Origin: the human T2T-CHM13v2.0 reference genome, Homo sapiens
Assembly (NCBI RefSeq): GCF_009914755.1
Contig: NC_060926.1
Length of the DNA: 64,000 nucleotides
Reading direction: 5' to 3' (one strand)
Below the pieces are notes generated by a model. The model was not told where the DNA came from and made no database searches. It saw only the letters and a program-made list of their open reading frames with translations. Made by a program: the position numbers and the translations under genes. Positions within the stretch are counted from its first letter, which is position 1. The number at the start of each line of letters is the position of its first letter. Positions 1-13,162 of the stretch are shown in pieces.

Positions 1-33
1 AGAAGAAGAAGAAGAAGAGGAAGAAGAAGAAAG
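1..33 (+). repeat. (GAA)n simple repeat
   Basis: agaagaagaagaagaagaggaagaagaagaa. Confidence 0.85.
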
Positions 34-189
34 CATATTGTGTCTCATTTTAAACTGCTAGTAGGGCAGAACTGAGATTTGAATCCAGAGTCTGTGAGAG
101 TCCAAGTCTTGTGCGCTTAGTTCCTATGCCACAGTATGCCCCAGATCTTATAATTTTACAAAGAACCGGTTTTAGTTGTTTTAAAAAAA

Positions 190-960
190 CAGAATTTGTC
201 ATATGATGAAAATGGAATTTCAAACCACAGGGGGAAGGGTAGATTATTCCATAAATAGCATTTTAGACTACTAACTGGTTAACTGTTTCAAAAAATGAAA
301 ATGAGTTACATCTCACAACATACCCTAGAAAAATTATAGATAAAATATTTCAACATAATATATGAGATCACTAAAGAATTACAAGAAAAAAAGTAAGAAA
401 ATATTGGCATATCTTGGAATAAGAAAAGGTTTTCCTAAATATATAAGTAAAGGTAGAACACTAATGGGGAAAGATGCATAGTTTCTGCTACATAAAAATA
501 AAAACCTTAGGTATGTCAAAATACCATAAACAAAACAGTAAAAGATAAAAAATAAATGGGGGAAAATACTTGCAATGTATGACAGAAAAAGGATTACTAT
601 TCTTCTCATATAAAGTGTTATTATAAAACTCCAAGAAAAGGATGATCAATCAATAAGAAAAAAATTTTTAAAGGTTAAGATGCAAGTAGCAAAATGACAA
701 ATGTCCAACAAATTTACTGACTCTAACAAATACTACATATGAAAACTGGGCTGAGATCATTTTTCTCCAATCAACTTGGCAAATGTTAAATCTAACTTAC
801 AGTGTTATGGAAGATCAAGAAAGTGAGAGAAAAGGCCAATTTCTAGAAATTTATTCTAAATATTACAGGATGTGCCAAACATTTCTGTACAAGAATGCCT
901 GTTGTATTACTTCTTTGACTTTAGGCACTATAGATTTAATATATGCTTCTTATAAAAAAT
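190..960 (+). mobile_element. Ancient L1M fragment (ORF2 3' region)
   Basis: Degenerate A-rich L1 motifs (catctcacaacata; aaaatacttgcaatgtatgacag; aatgtccaac). Confidence 0.6.
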
Positions 961-1054
961 TAACCAATTCAGAGCAAGACACTGTACTATACATATAGTA
1001 CTGGAACCTGCCCTTTTAAATTTAGTGTATTGCAAAAACCCTTCATTACTTTTT

Positions 1055-1225
1055 TTTATTTTTAATGTCAACTTTTATTTTTAGATTCAGGGGTACATGT
1101 GCAGGTTTGTTACATGGGTATATCGTGTAATTCTGTGATTTGGGGTACAATTCATTGTTACCCAGATAGTAAGAATGGTGCCCAATAGACAGTTTTTCAA
1201 CACTTGCTCCCTCTCTCCATCCCAA
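1055..1225 (-). mobile_element. L1PA16/L1PB-type 3' end
   Basis: ttttagattcaggggtacatgtgcaggtttgttacatgggtata... Confidence 0.75.
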
Positions 1226-1236
1226 TGAAAAACCTT

Positions 1237-1636
<400 letters not shown>

Positions 1637-2063
1637 TAGCTACACAGTAAATCATTGTACTGACATAGAAAAATAAAGGATTTAAGAAATCTCCTTAAAT
1701 AATTATAGCAGTGTGGTACTAGCAACTTGTTCTTACAAACAATTCAATAGTCACCATCTTCTACATTTTTCTTTGCACATTTCAACATGTATTTATGTAG
1801 GATATATCAAAAAGTGAAATTGATGACTCAGAAGTTATGCCCACTTAAAATTTGTAGCTATTGCCACGCTGACTTTTAAAAAAATGTTGTATCGGTTAAT
1901 ATTCCCACAACAATGTGTGGATTATTCATAATAGTGACAAATAGGAAAAATCTATATGGTCAAAGTGCTTCAAAAGTCGTTACAATAAATGTAGTCAAGG
2001 GAGTATTTCCCAGCCACTAGAAATGCTATAGATGAATGTTTAATGACCCAAAAAATGTTTGTT

Positions 2064-2330
2064 GGCTGGGCACGGTGGCTCATGCCTGTAATCCAGCACT
2101 TTGGGAGGCCGAGGCGGGCAGATTGCCTGAGGTCAGGAGTTCAAGACCAGCCTGGCCAACAAGAAGAAATCCTGTCTCTACTAAAAACACAAAAATTAGC
2201 TGGAAATCACTTAAACCTGGGAGGCAGAGGTTGCAGTGAGCCTAGATCGTGCCACTGCACTCCAGCCTGGGCAACAGAGCGAGCCTCCATCTCAAGAAAA
2301 AAAAAAAAAAACACGAAAAACAAACAAAAA
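2064..2330 (+). mobile_element. AluS with a roughly 50-bp deletion in the right arm
   Basis: Alu consensus; aaaattagctgg joins directly to aaatcacttaaacc; A-tail. Confidence 0.92.
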
Positions 2331-2409
2331 CTATTATGAAAGATTAAGTTACAAAAACAAGTACATTAAACAGTGTGAACCCACTGGAATTCATATATGC
2401 TTTTAAAGA

Positions 2410-2650
2410 ATAGATACTTACACTATCTATATAATAGTATAAAAATAGAATAAGTATAGATAGTATACTATCTATACTTATACTACTATATTATATATAT
2501 AGATAGTATACTATATATGTAATATAGTATACTATCTATACAATATATACTATCTATATATATACTATCTATAGATATATATAGAGATATATATATCTAT
2601 ATAGAGAGAGATATATATATCTATAGATAGATAGTATGCTATAAAGAATA
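2410..2650. repeat. AT-rich low-complexity (TA/TAGA) tract with palindromes
   Basis: Includes a 32-bp perfect palindrome at 2450-2481. Confidence 0.85.
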
Positions 2651-4123
2651 GATCCATCAGGTTCTAAAACAAAATGTGAATCAGTTATCTTTCCGTGGTG
2701 GAATTATAGGTCATGAAAACACTCTCTTACACTTGTCTTAATTTTCCAAGTGTTCTAGAGAAAAAATATGATTTGCAATTGTGAAGACATTAAATTATAA
2801 TCTATTTTTTAAAACAATAAAATGCTATCCTGAAGACTACCAGCATTAGTGATGCAAGACTTTATATGCAACCACCCTTGATTGCCATAATAAAGAATTT
2901 TTCAGGATTAACATGAACACCACCAAGTGTTTGCCAACTGAGTACCTCAGAGTATCCTGCACTGGGTCCCCACGAGGTCATCAAATACTTATTGGTCCCT
3001 GCTGAGGCTCGGCCTGTGCTCAGAGGTGCCAAACACAGAGGTGAGGAGGAAGAAGCCCTCAAACTGATAGAGGAGAGAGGTTAAGCACCAATCAACATTA
3101 ATCCAAACCAGAACACAGTGGGGCCAGGGCTCTGCTACCGGGGTTCCCAGCTGGAAAAGTTAACACATTCCAAGATGAAAACAGGTGAAGCAATGGCAGC
3201 CTGGTTGTTACCTAAAGGGGTTCCGTCTTGAGGAAACCCTAAGCAGCAGCAAATACTTCAAGGGTACAAATGCGAAGGTGAAGAAAACGGAAAGCCTTTC
3301 ACAGTAAGGGAACAACAACAACAAAAATTAAAGCCAAACGTGCTAGGCATAGAACTCACTTGATTAGGGGAGCAGCTCCATGTGAAACAAATTTGCTTCC
3401 TCTGACTTAGAGCACTAGCAAAATACATTAAATTCCATCTCAATAAACTTCCAACTTTTTCTAAGCCCAGGTAGCAACTATTTATTTCTTAAGTCATACT
3501 CAGTACAACAAACGTGTAATCCTTAACAGAATTTACCATTTTACCCAGTTTTTACCTAGATTTTTAGTGTTATTCTAAAGGGAATGTGCCTTGAAGAGCT
3601 CCTAAGAGATGGTTTTGGTAGTGTAGATTTCTGGCTTTCTTGAGCCTATGAAAGATTTTTATACTTGACATTTCCTAGGGGGAAGAAAAGGCTAAACAAA
3701 ACCAAAAGCCACCATAAAAGTCTCCCAATCTTCCTCTATCTAAGTGCAGTCTTAAACATATTAGCCCTTTAGCAAAGAGCTATGTTCATATTTTTAATTA
3801 GGTGATTAAAAATATTTGAAACGGCAGCAAGACAACGGTCAGCTTTTGGTAATCCAAAGGAAAAGGTGACATGATTAGCACTGGCAAGCTTAAGTTTAAT
3901 AACATGGGATCGTTACATTTTCCATGGATAACGAACAAGAACACTTAAAATGAAGACGTCTCAGCAAGAGGGCTAACTCTGTCCTGGTCGGCACGACAGG
4001 CCTTAAAGTGCCTTTAATAGTAGCTTGTAAATTCACGGTGGCATTTACAAGCGTCTGAACGTACTTTAGGTAACATGCAATTGGTTAAGCCAAAAGTTTC
4101 CCTAACAGCAACTGACTGAAAAG

Positions 4124-4290
4124 CAGTGGTTCTCCAAGGGTCCCTTCTGCCCTTTCCCCATCAGCAACATACGCCACACCTGGGAACTTGTCAGCCAGGC
4201 AAACCTCCCACCTACTGAATCACAACCGCAGTGGAGGAGGCCTGGCCATCCATTTTAACCAGCCCTCCAGATCATTCCAATGTAAGGCCT
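4124..4290 (+). mobile_element. MER5A-like hAT-Charlie DNA transposon
   Basis: cagtggttctcca...cacctgggaacttgtcag...cctactgaatca...ttttaaccagccctccagatcattc. Confidence 0.7.
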
Positions 4291-5029
4291 GCTGTAGAGG
4301 ATACTACAGAGGTTTTGAGTGTGACACCAAGCACAAGATGCCTAATTCAGTGTGTACAAGCCATTTTCATTTCCATTAACCAAACCTCCTCTTCCCGTTG
4401 CCCATCCCTTTTAGAGGGCAGTGCAAAGAGTAGGACCTTGTTCAAGACACACTTTGAAAAGGTCCTTAGGCCTAATGGAAAAGTCATCTATTTTTCATAT
4501 GTTGCCACAGTAACAGTAACAAGAAGCATCACTTATTCCTATAAGAAAAGTCCCCTTTGCAGGGGACATTGAGTATTTATAGAAAGATCACTTTATCCTG
4601 AGGAACCCAAAATCTGGAAAAGCAAATATGGAAAACTCAGCCTCTAAGGCTTCCATATACAGCTTTACAGCCCATGTTCTAAGTGAACACTCCCTAATTA
4701 TGGCTGCCCAATACGGAAAACATGTGTCCTAGGAAAACCTCCACTGTCTACTCTGAAAGACATCACGTCCAGGTAATAGAGAAAAGAAACGTCTTCTTTC
4801 AGTTCCCGTACTGGTCCCTCAGTCCTGACTTAAACAGGGAAGGTGATCTATTTCGCCTCTGCCCATCCTTAATGCTACTTCATTTCCTATGACATCATTC
4901 TTTAGGTCCACATTCGGTCCTTACTTACGGGAGTTGCCATAAAAATAATAAAGCTTATCTCTGGATTATAAAATCCATTTTTGTATCATAAGATCAGTTG
5001 CATTTTGTGTGCAGTCCTTATTTTTTTTT

Positions 5030-5135
5030 ATAAATAGCTTCCATATTTACCATCTCATTTGAGTCTTACAACAGCCTGTGAGGTGGGCACAGTTTTATTA
5101 TTCCCACTTTACAGATGACAAAACTGGAACTTAGT
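5030..5135 (-). mobile_element. MIR fragment
   Basis: attcccactttacagatgacaaaactgga core. Confidence 0.65.
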
Positions 5136-5280
5136 GCTAACTTCCATAAACAACTGATCATTGAATACTAAAGGAGATACAAAAAATTTGCATAAAAAAT
5201 TAAATAATTAAATAATTAAAATTAAAAAAGATTAAATTAAAAAGAATTAAAGAATTCATGATGTCTAAAAGAACCTCCAG

Positions 5281-5658
<378 letters not shown>

Positions 5659-5839
5659 TTACCTAGGTAGGTTTTTAGGTTGGGTGATATTTTTCTAAGG
5701 AATGGTAAAGAGCATGGAGATGAGATAAACGAAAACCTACAAACTCTCCCAGTTATACAACTCACATAACCTGCAATGATGTCTGGAATTCTATGGGGCT
5801 CAAAGTAACAACAATGATGATGATGATGATGATAAGATT

Positions 5840-6030
5840 AAGCTCTTACTACATACCAGGCACCCTTCTGCATACATTAAATATATTCAACAACCCTATT
5901 AATATCCCCATTTTGCAGGTGAGAAAAACAAGGCATAGAAAAGCTAAGTAACTTGCCCAAGATCACACATCTTGCTCCGTGAACACAGAGGAGGAAATGT
6001 AACTGGAAATGCCAAGCCCCCGTGCGGTCT
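5840..6030 (-). mobile_element. MIR
   Basis: cccattttgcaggtgagaaaaac...aagtaacttgcccaagatcacac. Confidence 0.75.
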
Positions 6031-6904
6031 GCCTGCCAGTGATGGAAACCTGACATGGGAGGGCAGCCACCACAGGAACCTGGGTTATGTTTCCAGTGTT
6101 GCCATTTGGGCAACAGTCTTCACATTCTCTTACTGAAAACATTAATCAATGCTCAGGTTCCAAGTAATCAAACATTAACCGAGACTCCTAACAGCCAGTT
6201 CCTTCTCAGACTAGCCCCACGGAGGTTTCCTAGATCTCGCGGAGCGATGGAACACTGGTTGATTCTCCTGGAACTGCCTTCAACTATTTAAGAAAAATCA
6301 GAGGGGAAAGCAGCTTTGAAGGAAATGTGCAAAGTAAAGCTATATGTGGGAGGCAGCAGTTCTAGTAAACGCACAGAACTCACAGCTGTGATTTTTCTTT
6401 TAAAGACATATAAATAAAAAGGAGTCCTCACTGGTGTAAATTACTCCTGCCTTTTTTTTTTCTCCACTTTTTTCAACTGCTCACATTTTGGAACTGTGTG
6501 AGCAAGTTTTTACATATTGATCAATCTTTTAAAGTTTATACATCATTTTCTTAAAGAAGGAAACAAAGATCAAGCTGAAAAGAACATTCAGGCAAAAGAG
6601 AAAAATTACATGATGAATGAATGCAGTCTTTGTGGGCGAGAATTCTGGGATGGGAGTGTGGGGTGTAGGGACAGCTTTCAAACACTTACTCAAATGTGCT
6701 TATCTTCATCATTTCCTGCCTCTAATTTTTACCGAATAACCACCTTGAGATCCCAGGAATTCAATAGGAAACTCAATTTAACAACAAGTTCCAGGGTATT
6801 CCACATAATCTCTCTTTAAGGCAAAGTCCCAAAAGAGAGATGGGACTATAATGACCACAAGTTAGGTGACTTTTCATATTCACATTCCTTCCACGTTCTT
6901 CGAC

Positions 6905-7115
6905 AATCCTGGTCCAGTTACTTACTGTGGACCCTGTGTCCACAGGAAAGCTTTACTTTCCTCTGCTATATAATGAGAATAATATTAACACCTTCTTTAT
7001 CCGGTTGGTGTGAAAACTGCATGAATAAATGTAAAGCACTTGGACTGTGTCTGACACAGAGTAAAATGCTCGAATAGCATCAGCTGTTATTACTACTACT
7101 ACTTACTACTATTAT
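6905..7115 (+). mobile_element. MIR
   Basis: taatgagaataata...atgtaaagcacttgga...tgctcgaatag...tattactact tail. Confidence 0.65.
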
Positions 7116-7938
7116 TTGCAAAAACATTACAAGGGATAATTATATCCAGGAAGCTTCCCTTGTATTGGTAATGTTTTATTGCTTTTTCTAAAATTTAAAT
7201 CAGAGCAACAGTCAATACATGCACACAAAAAAGGCAATTCTTCAAAAATGTGGGGGAAAAGCCTCCCATACCCATGTTACCTGCTGGTGAGTTTCAGGTA
7301 AGGGTGTAGCTGGGAGCATCCGGTTCCAAGACTGCCTTGTATTTCTCTTACAGGATGCCTCCCCTTCTGCTGCGGTTTTTAATCAGCGTTTCTAGGGCAG
7401 GCTTGCAGGCGGGTCCGCGAACCCCCTGTAGTTGTACACGGAGCTGGGTGAGGCTGCGGCTCTGGGCATTTCTGGGGAGGAGTTCCATGGCTTTCCACAG
7501 ACTCTAACCACCCTGCAGCGAGCCGCATGCTATACGGGTTAAACTCGGGGCATATCGAACGAACAATTCACTTCACGGAAGACTAGCAATAACCAGGACA
7601 CCTGCGCTATTGATCAGCTATCTCAACACCAGAGAGACCCACCAGCACAAGGGGCAAGAATTGGCCAGGAGGCGCGCGGCGCTGCGCCCTCACCGCGTCC
7701 AGAGAGACCCTTGAACTTCACCGCCAAAAAACGCACCGCTCCGCAGACCCGACCCGGGAGAGGGGTTTAACTTCCCCTCACCTTTCCCATCCCTCCTTCA
7801 TTTCCAAGGACATACTCAAAGGAAACTGGCAACACTCGGTCTAGGGTTTCGCTCCTGCCCTCGGCGGACACCGAAACCACTTCTCCCAGGGAAGTTAATT
7901 AAAGGAACCATTAATCCGCCCAAAAATCCAAAACCTAC

Positions 7939-7996
7939 CCCCAAAGCTCAAGAGCTCTGAAAAGAGATCGAGGGCGCCTCTGCCGATCTTGAACAT
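7939..7996 (-). CDS. TGFA: TGFA alternative first coding exon (MFKIGRGALDLFSELLSFG + first base of Gly)
   Basis: gcagagATGTTCAAGATCGGCAGAGGCGCCCTCGATCTCTTTTCAGAGCTCTTGAGCTTTGGGG|gtaggt. 58 nt, phase 1 like the canonical exon, so in frame with exon 2. Matches my recollection of an annotated TGFA isoform N-terminus. Confidence 0.75.
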
Positions 7997-8482
7997 CTCT
8001 GCTCGTCGCTGGGGCTTAGAGGTGGGCAGGGGGTGCCAAAGGGGCGCAGGCAAGACCCGGCCAGAGGGTTAGACGCCGGCCCCCGTTCCGAGGCGGCCCA
8101 GTCTACACGCCAGCGACGCCGGCTGAGCCGGGCTTGGAGGCAGCCAGGTAAGCAGGTAGGTGTAGGCATGTGTCTGAGCAGACACACAGCTGCGGCGGAT
8201 TAAAGTTCAAGCCCGTTCACACTCCGCTTCCCCTTCCCAGGTGTTCTCACGCACGGCCCAGGCAGCCACTTTCCCGGGGAAGCCTCGGCGCTCGACCGGA
8301 CAGTCCCCTCTTTGTCATTCTTAATGACTCCCCTTGCCTCCCAGGCGCCAACCCATTGAGACTACTCGCTTCTCTCCACTCTCCCAGGCGGGCGCAGAAA
8401 CCCCCGGAAAGGGGAACTCGGCGGGGACCGGGGGAAGCAGGGTGTCGCGCGGCGCAGGGGGCGCCGCAGCCGGCGTACGTAC

Positions 8483-8522
8483 CCAGAGCGAACAGGGCGA
8501 GCTGTCCAGCCGAGGGGACCAT
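8483..8522 (-). CDS. TGFA: TGFA exon 1 coding part (start of the pro-TGF-alpha signal peptide, MVPSAGQLALFAL + first base of Gly)
   Basis: Minus strand reads cgtaaaATGGTCCCCTCGGCTGGACAGCTCGCCCTGTTCGCTCTGG|gtacgt. The translation matches the known human TGF-alpha N-terminus. Good Kozak context (A-3, G+4); phase-1 GT donor at 8482-8481. Confidence 0.97.
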
Positions 8523-8724
8523 TTTACGGGCGGGCGGGCAGCAGGCTCTCCAGCCTCCTGCCCTACCTGCGGTGCCCGAGTGGCGGAGCGGCGCCGCGGT
8601 GCGGGGGAAAAAGACGCAGACTAGGCAGGGCCTGCCCCCGGCGCGGGAGGGCGGAGGGAGGACCGAGCGCCTCTCTGCTGGCACTCGCCCCGCAGCGCTG
8701 CCCGCCGGGCGGAAATAGGAAGGC

Positions 8725-8771
8725 GGCTACCGTCACCTCCTCGCCACTCGGCGACCGGGGCACAGCTGACC
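8725..8771 (-). promoter_or_regulatory. Pair of imperfect estrogen-response elements in the TGFA promoter
   Basis: Minus strand GGTCAgctGTGCC (8771-8759) and GGTGAcggTAGCC (8737-8725), at -249 to -203 from the ATG; consistent with the estrogen-responsive region I recall for TGFA. Confidence 0.65.
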
Positions 8772-10346
8772 CCCCCCTCCCGCCCCGATGGGGGTGCCCC
8801 CCTGAGGGCACAGAGGGTGGGGGTTTGGGGTAAGGGGCGGGGACGCTGAGCGCACCGAGCAGGGCGCGGGCTGCTGGGCGGGGCGACCTGGGATCCCAGA
8901 GCCTGGCGGCGCGAGCCGGGCACCCGGGCCGACGAAAAGGCAGGAAGCGCCTGACTTCAGACACCACCCCCGACTGCCAGCGCCGTGCGGCAGCGGACTC
9001 CAGCGTGCGGGGTCGGCGCCGGCCGCGTAGCCGGATTGTCCTGGGCCGCAGTGGCGGCTTCCAGGCTCTAGGCGGCGGAGCGGAGCCGCCCGGGCACCCG
9101 TTACCTACACCGAGGGGCCGCTCCTGGGGCATCTCTGGGGCGGGGAAGGCTGGAGGCTGGGGACGCAGCCAGGAAAGGGACCTGTGAGTTTCGCCGGCCG
9201 CTTGCCAAGACTTGGCTCAAGGAAAGTGGTCCCCTGAATCAATGAAGAATTTGTTAAACCAGGTTTCCCACCTGTGCCACAGTTCCCATCAATTCTGGCA
9301 ACGCCTGCCGCCTTACCTCCCAGGCAGGCCACATCGTTAAGATCAGTCTTCGTACTTCTGGCCTGGGACTGATAAAAAATGGGTCTCTGTGACGAATCTG
9401 GTTATATGGCACCACCAGCTGAGGCCAAAAGCCTGCTAGCCTGCCACCAAGTGTACCCCGAAAGAGGGGTGTGTGGGCCCGAGTCACCTGGGTGGTCCTT
9501 TCAGGATTTGTGGCTCTGAGGTGGCCCCTGGTGCTGGAATTTGGGGAGGTGGAGGGGATAGAGGGAAGACATTCTGGGCGAAGAGTGGAAGATCCATAGG
9601 TTCCTCGGTGACCCTCATGGGGACAGTACACCCGGGAGATTCATGTTCTCCAGGTACCCGGAGCTCACGGACTGACCCTCTTCTCCTGCCTCCTCTGGCC
9701 TACGTGCTCCGGGTAGATCCACTTTCCTTGAAGGTGGGGGTGGGGGCTGTTGGGCCTGGGGAATCTTTTGCTGTTTACTTGGGGAGGCTCAGGCTCTCAC
9801 GGTTGACCTCTGCCCAGTTTGTTTCATGTAAGTAGAGCAACCTAGTTTCAAGAAGGAAGCACCAGGCCATTGGTCTCAACATTTGGGCAGGAAGCACCAG
9901 TGTAAATCATTCCTTTCAATAGATTTGTCGGAGCATACTTTGTTCTTTTAGGGTAAATCTTTTCCTTGGTCCACCCCATGCATGTACAAGGCACACATGC
10001 ACTTCCTTTAGTAGGTTGTCCCTGACTCCCACTTCCTTCAGGTTGATCTTGACCTGCTCTGGTGGTTTCCCTGTCTCCTCCCTAAACTAGTCTGCTTTGG
10101 CTACAGAAGGGGAGGAATCAGGGGTTCCCCCACCCTTCTCCTGTTCCCCAGGACTAGAGAAGGACCTGACTCCTTGCTTCCTACTGGAACACGCAAATCA
10201 AGCTCACTGTGGCTGAGGGATGGCTGCCCAGCCGGCTGAGGGTCATGTTCAGCAGTTTCTGCTTATCTGTCCCCTACCCCCAAAGTCAGAGGTGGAGGGA
10301 AGTAGCAGAATCAAGTCAATTTCCTTCATGATTGGAAAATATTTTA

Positions 10347-11014
<668 letters not shown>

Positions 11015-11274
11015 CTAAAGAGTATCCAAATCAAAGTACATTCTAATGCTTGAAAATCATTAATTCTCCCTCCAAGATTTTCAAAAGCTGGTCCATATCT
11101 GTGGTTTTATAACCCTCCAATTCATTCAAGTCAAACAGGTCATCAGGGGCTGGGTGTTTTTTTTTTTTTTTTTAACTTAAAGATCATTTTTTTGGTAAAC
11201 TGAATTGAAATGATTTTTAAACGTTTAGTCATAGAGGAAACCTAATATCCTAAATTGTTGATGCTCTATCTTTT

Positions 11275-11590
11275 GTATTTTATATATCTCATTTAATCCT
11301 CACAATAATCTTATGAGATAGATCCCATCCCCTTTTATAAGAGAAGAATCAAGACTGAGTGAATTTAGTAACTTACCCAGAATTACACAGCCAATAAAGG
11401 GCAGAGCTTGATTTTGAAAGCAGAACAAGCTGGTTCTGAGGCTTACGTGCTGGCTTCTCTGCTATACTGCCTCGGTTTCCACATTTTCAATAAGGATAAT
11501 GCTTAACTCATTGGGTTGATGTGAGTACTAAATGCAAGAATTTATTTGCATACTTAGCATAATATTTGACATCAACAAAACTACCTATTA
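11275..11590. mobile_element. MIR fragments (minus, then plus)
   Basis: tctcatttaatcctcacaataa...agtaacttacccagaattacacagc; then ataaggataatgc...gggttgatgtgag. Confidence 0.6.
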
Positions 11591-13138
11591 TTTAAAGGAA
11601 AACTCCCTCAGTGGACACACCTTTCCCTTGTCTTAGTTCCTTACCACTATCTTTATGTTATCATTTTCATATCAGCTTCTTTGCTTGAGCATATGCATGT
11701 ACATGCACGTGCATACCTCTTCCTATGGGAAATATTTTCATAGGTGAATCAGGAGGTATGAAGTTGTTTCTCAGCTGTGGTGTGAAAGAAATAAGAAAAA
11801 AATTGACAGAACGCGATTTAGAGCAAAGCAATCATTTTTCCTAAAGGGTGGTGTGACATTTTGTATTGGAACACCTCACTCTCTGAGCCGAGTGAAATTC
11901 CAACTGTAGCCCCTTGAAGCTGTGTGGAGACTCAGGTATGCGCCTTCACCTACAGACACTGCATCTGTCTCGCGTGGCCACTGCAGCTCCTGTTTCTCTG
12001 CACGTGGAGCCTGATGATTATGTGGCCTTCCCACTAAGAGTCTGCCTGGACTGCCTTTGCACACACTTGCTGCAGCTGGCCTTGAGCTCAGTATAATCTC
12101 TTCTGTGAGAAGCCAATCACAGCCTCTCCTCCCTGTGCAAACAAGAGAACTATGTTATGCTCTACTGAGAGCCGGTAAACCGCCCTGTCAGTTTTCCCTT
12201 TCCTTTCTCCTACATGCTTATTATAGAGGGTATGTTTAAAGAGCCCTCTTCTTCACTGTGATCAGCCTCCCCTTCCTTCCTGATTCATTTGTGGAAGTGA
12301 TTGTGGAGCTATGAGCACCAGAGCCTTCCCTGAATAATTCAGGCCAGCTGAGCTTGCTGTTTTAGATCAGCAGTTACCCAAGATACTGGGGATTGAACAG
12401 CCCAGACATTCTTTGGGAGGAAGCACAGCCATGGGCCCAGCATTGAAGGAATTACAATTCCCACAGTCAAGCCCCAGGGAGCAGTAACTGGGCTGGTTCA
12501 GGTGGCTGCAGGACCTTCCTGGGTGACAGCAGCAGACAGCCAGGCTCAGAGGGAAAACAGGATGGGGCACCTGGTGCAGAGGGAGGGCAAAGGAGAGATG
12601 TCATCTGTGTATGAGAAAGAAAGAGGGAAGTTTTATTAAGGACTCTGGAGAACTGTGTTTAGGGAGAGTGAGGAGATTTTAATGTGTTAAGGGATTTAGA
12701 AAAAGAAATCTATTGTCTAAATATCAGCTCCCTCTGGGGCCTTAGCTATTAGTGTGTTCCTTATCTCTTGCCAAAGGAAAAAGTAGGAAACCTTATGCTG
12801 GGCTCATTTTTACAGTTTTCATCACCAGCATAATGGGCGAGGTAAGAAGAGATAAGAGGCATTTGCTTTGTTCTCAGCTACCTGCGTGATTTTCGTTGCC
12901 AGTGTTGTCCAAAGATTGGTCTGACCTTCTGCTTAACATCTGCCATCCCCCAGCTCTCAGGCCTACGTTTGGAATGCACATTGAAGTTGAAATTGAAGCT
13001 CAAATCTTTCCTTTCCAGAGGAGATTTCACAGAATGGCTCTAAAGCCCAGTATTGAAGTGTGGAGGTTGGTGTTCCACTAGTGGTCCAAGCAGCTCCATG
13101 TCCTAGTCAAGGTGCTAGGTCAGAGTCTCTGGGACTCA

Positions 13139-13162
13139 GGGCCACCAGGTGGCTACCACGTG
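13139..13162 (+). promoter_or_regulatory. Candidate CTCF site with abutting E-box
   Basis: GGGCCACCAGGTGGCTAC matches the CTCF core CCACCAGRKGGC; CACGTG at 13157-13162. Confidence 0.4.

Larger units (their letters stand above)
7400..9330. promoter_or_regulatory. TGFA: CpG island / TATA-less TGFA promoter with GC boxes and an Inr-like start near 8581
   Basis: Very high GC and CpG density against an AT-rich, CpG-depleted background. GC boxes include GGGGCGGGG at 8834-8842. Minus-strand CCACTCG Inr-like motif about 60 nt upstream of the ATG; no TATA box. Confidence 0.92.

Noticed and set aside
8170-9187. Long ORFs of 96-189 aa on both strands across the CpG island
   Set aside because: GC-rich DNA is poor in stop codons and the products are low-complexity R/G/P/A. 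Only the MVPSAGQLALFALG segment inside the 8247-8684 ORF is real coding sequence, and it is spliced at 8482.
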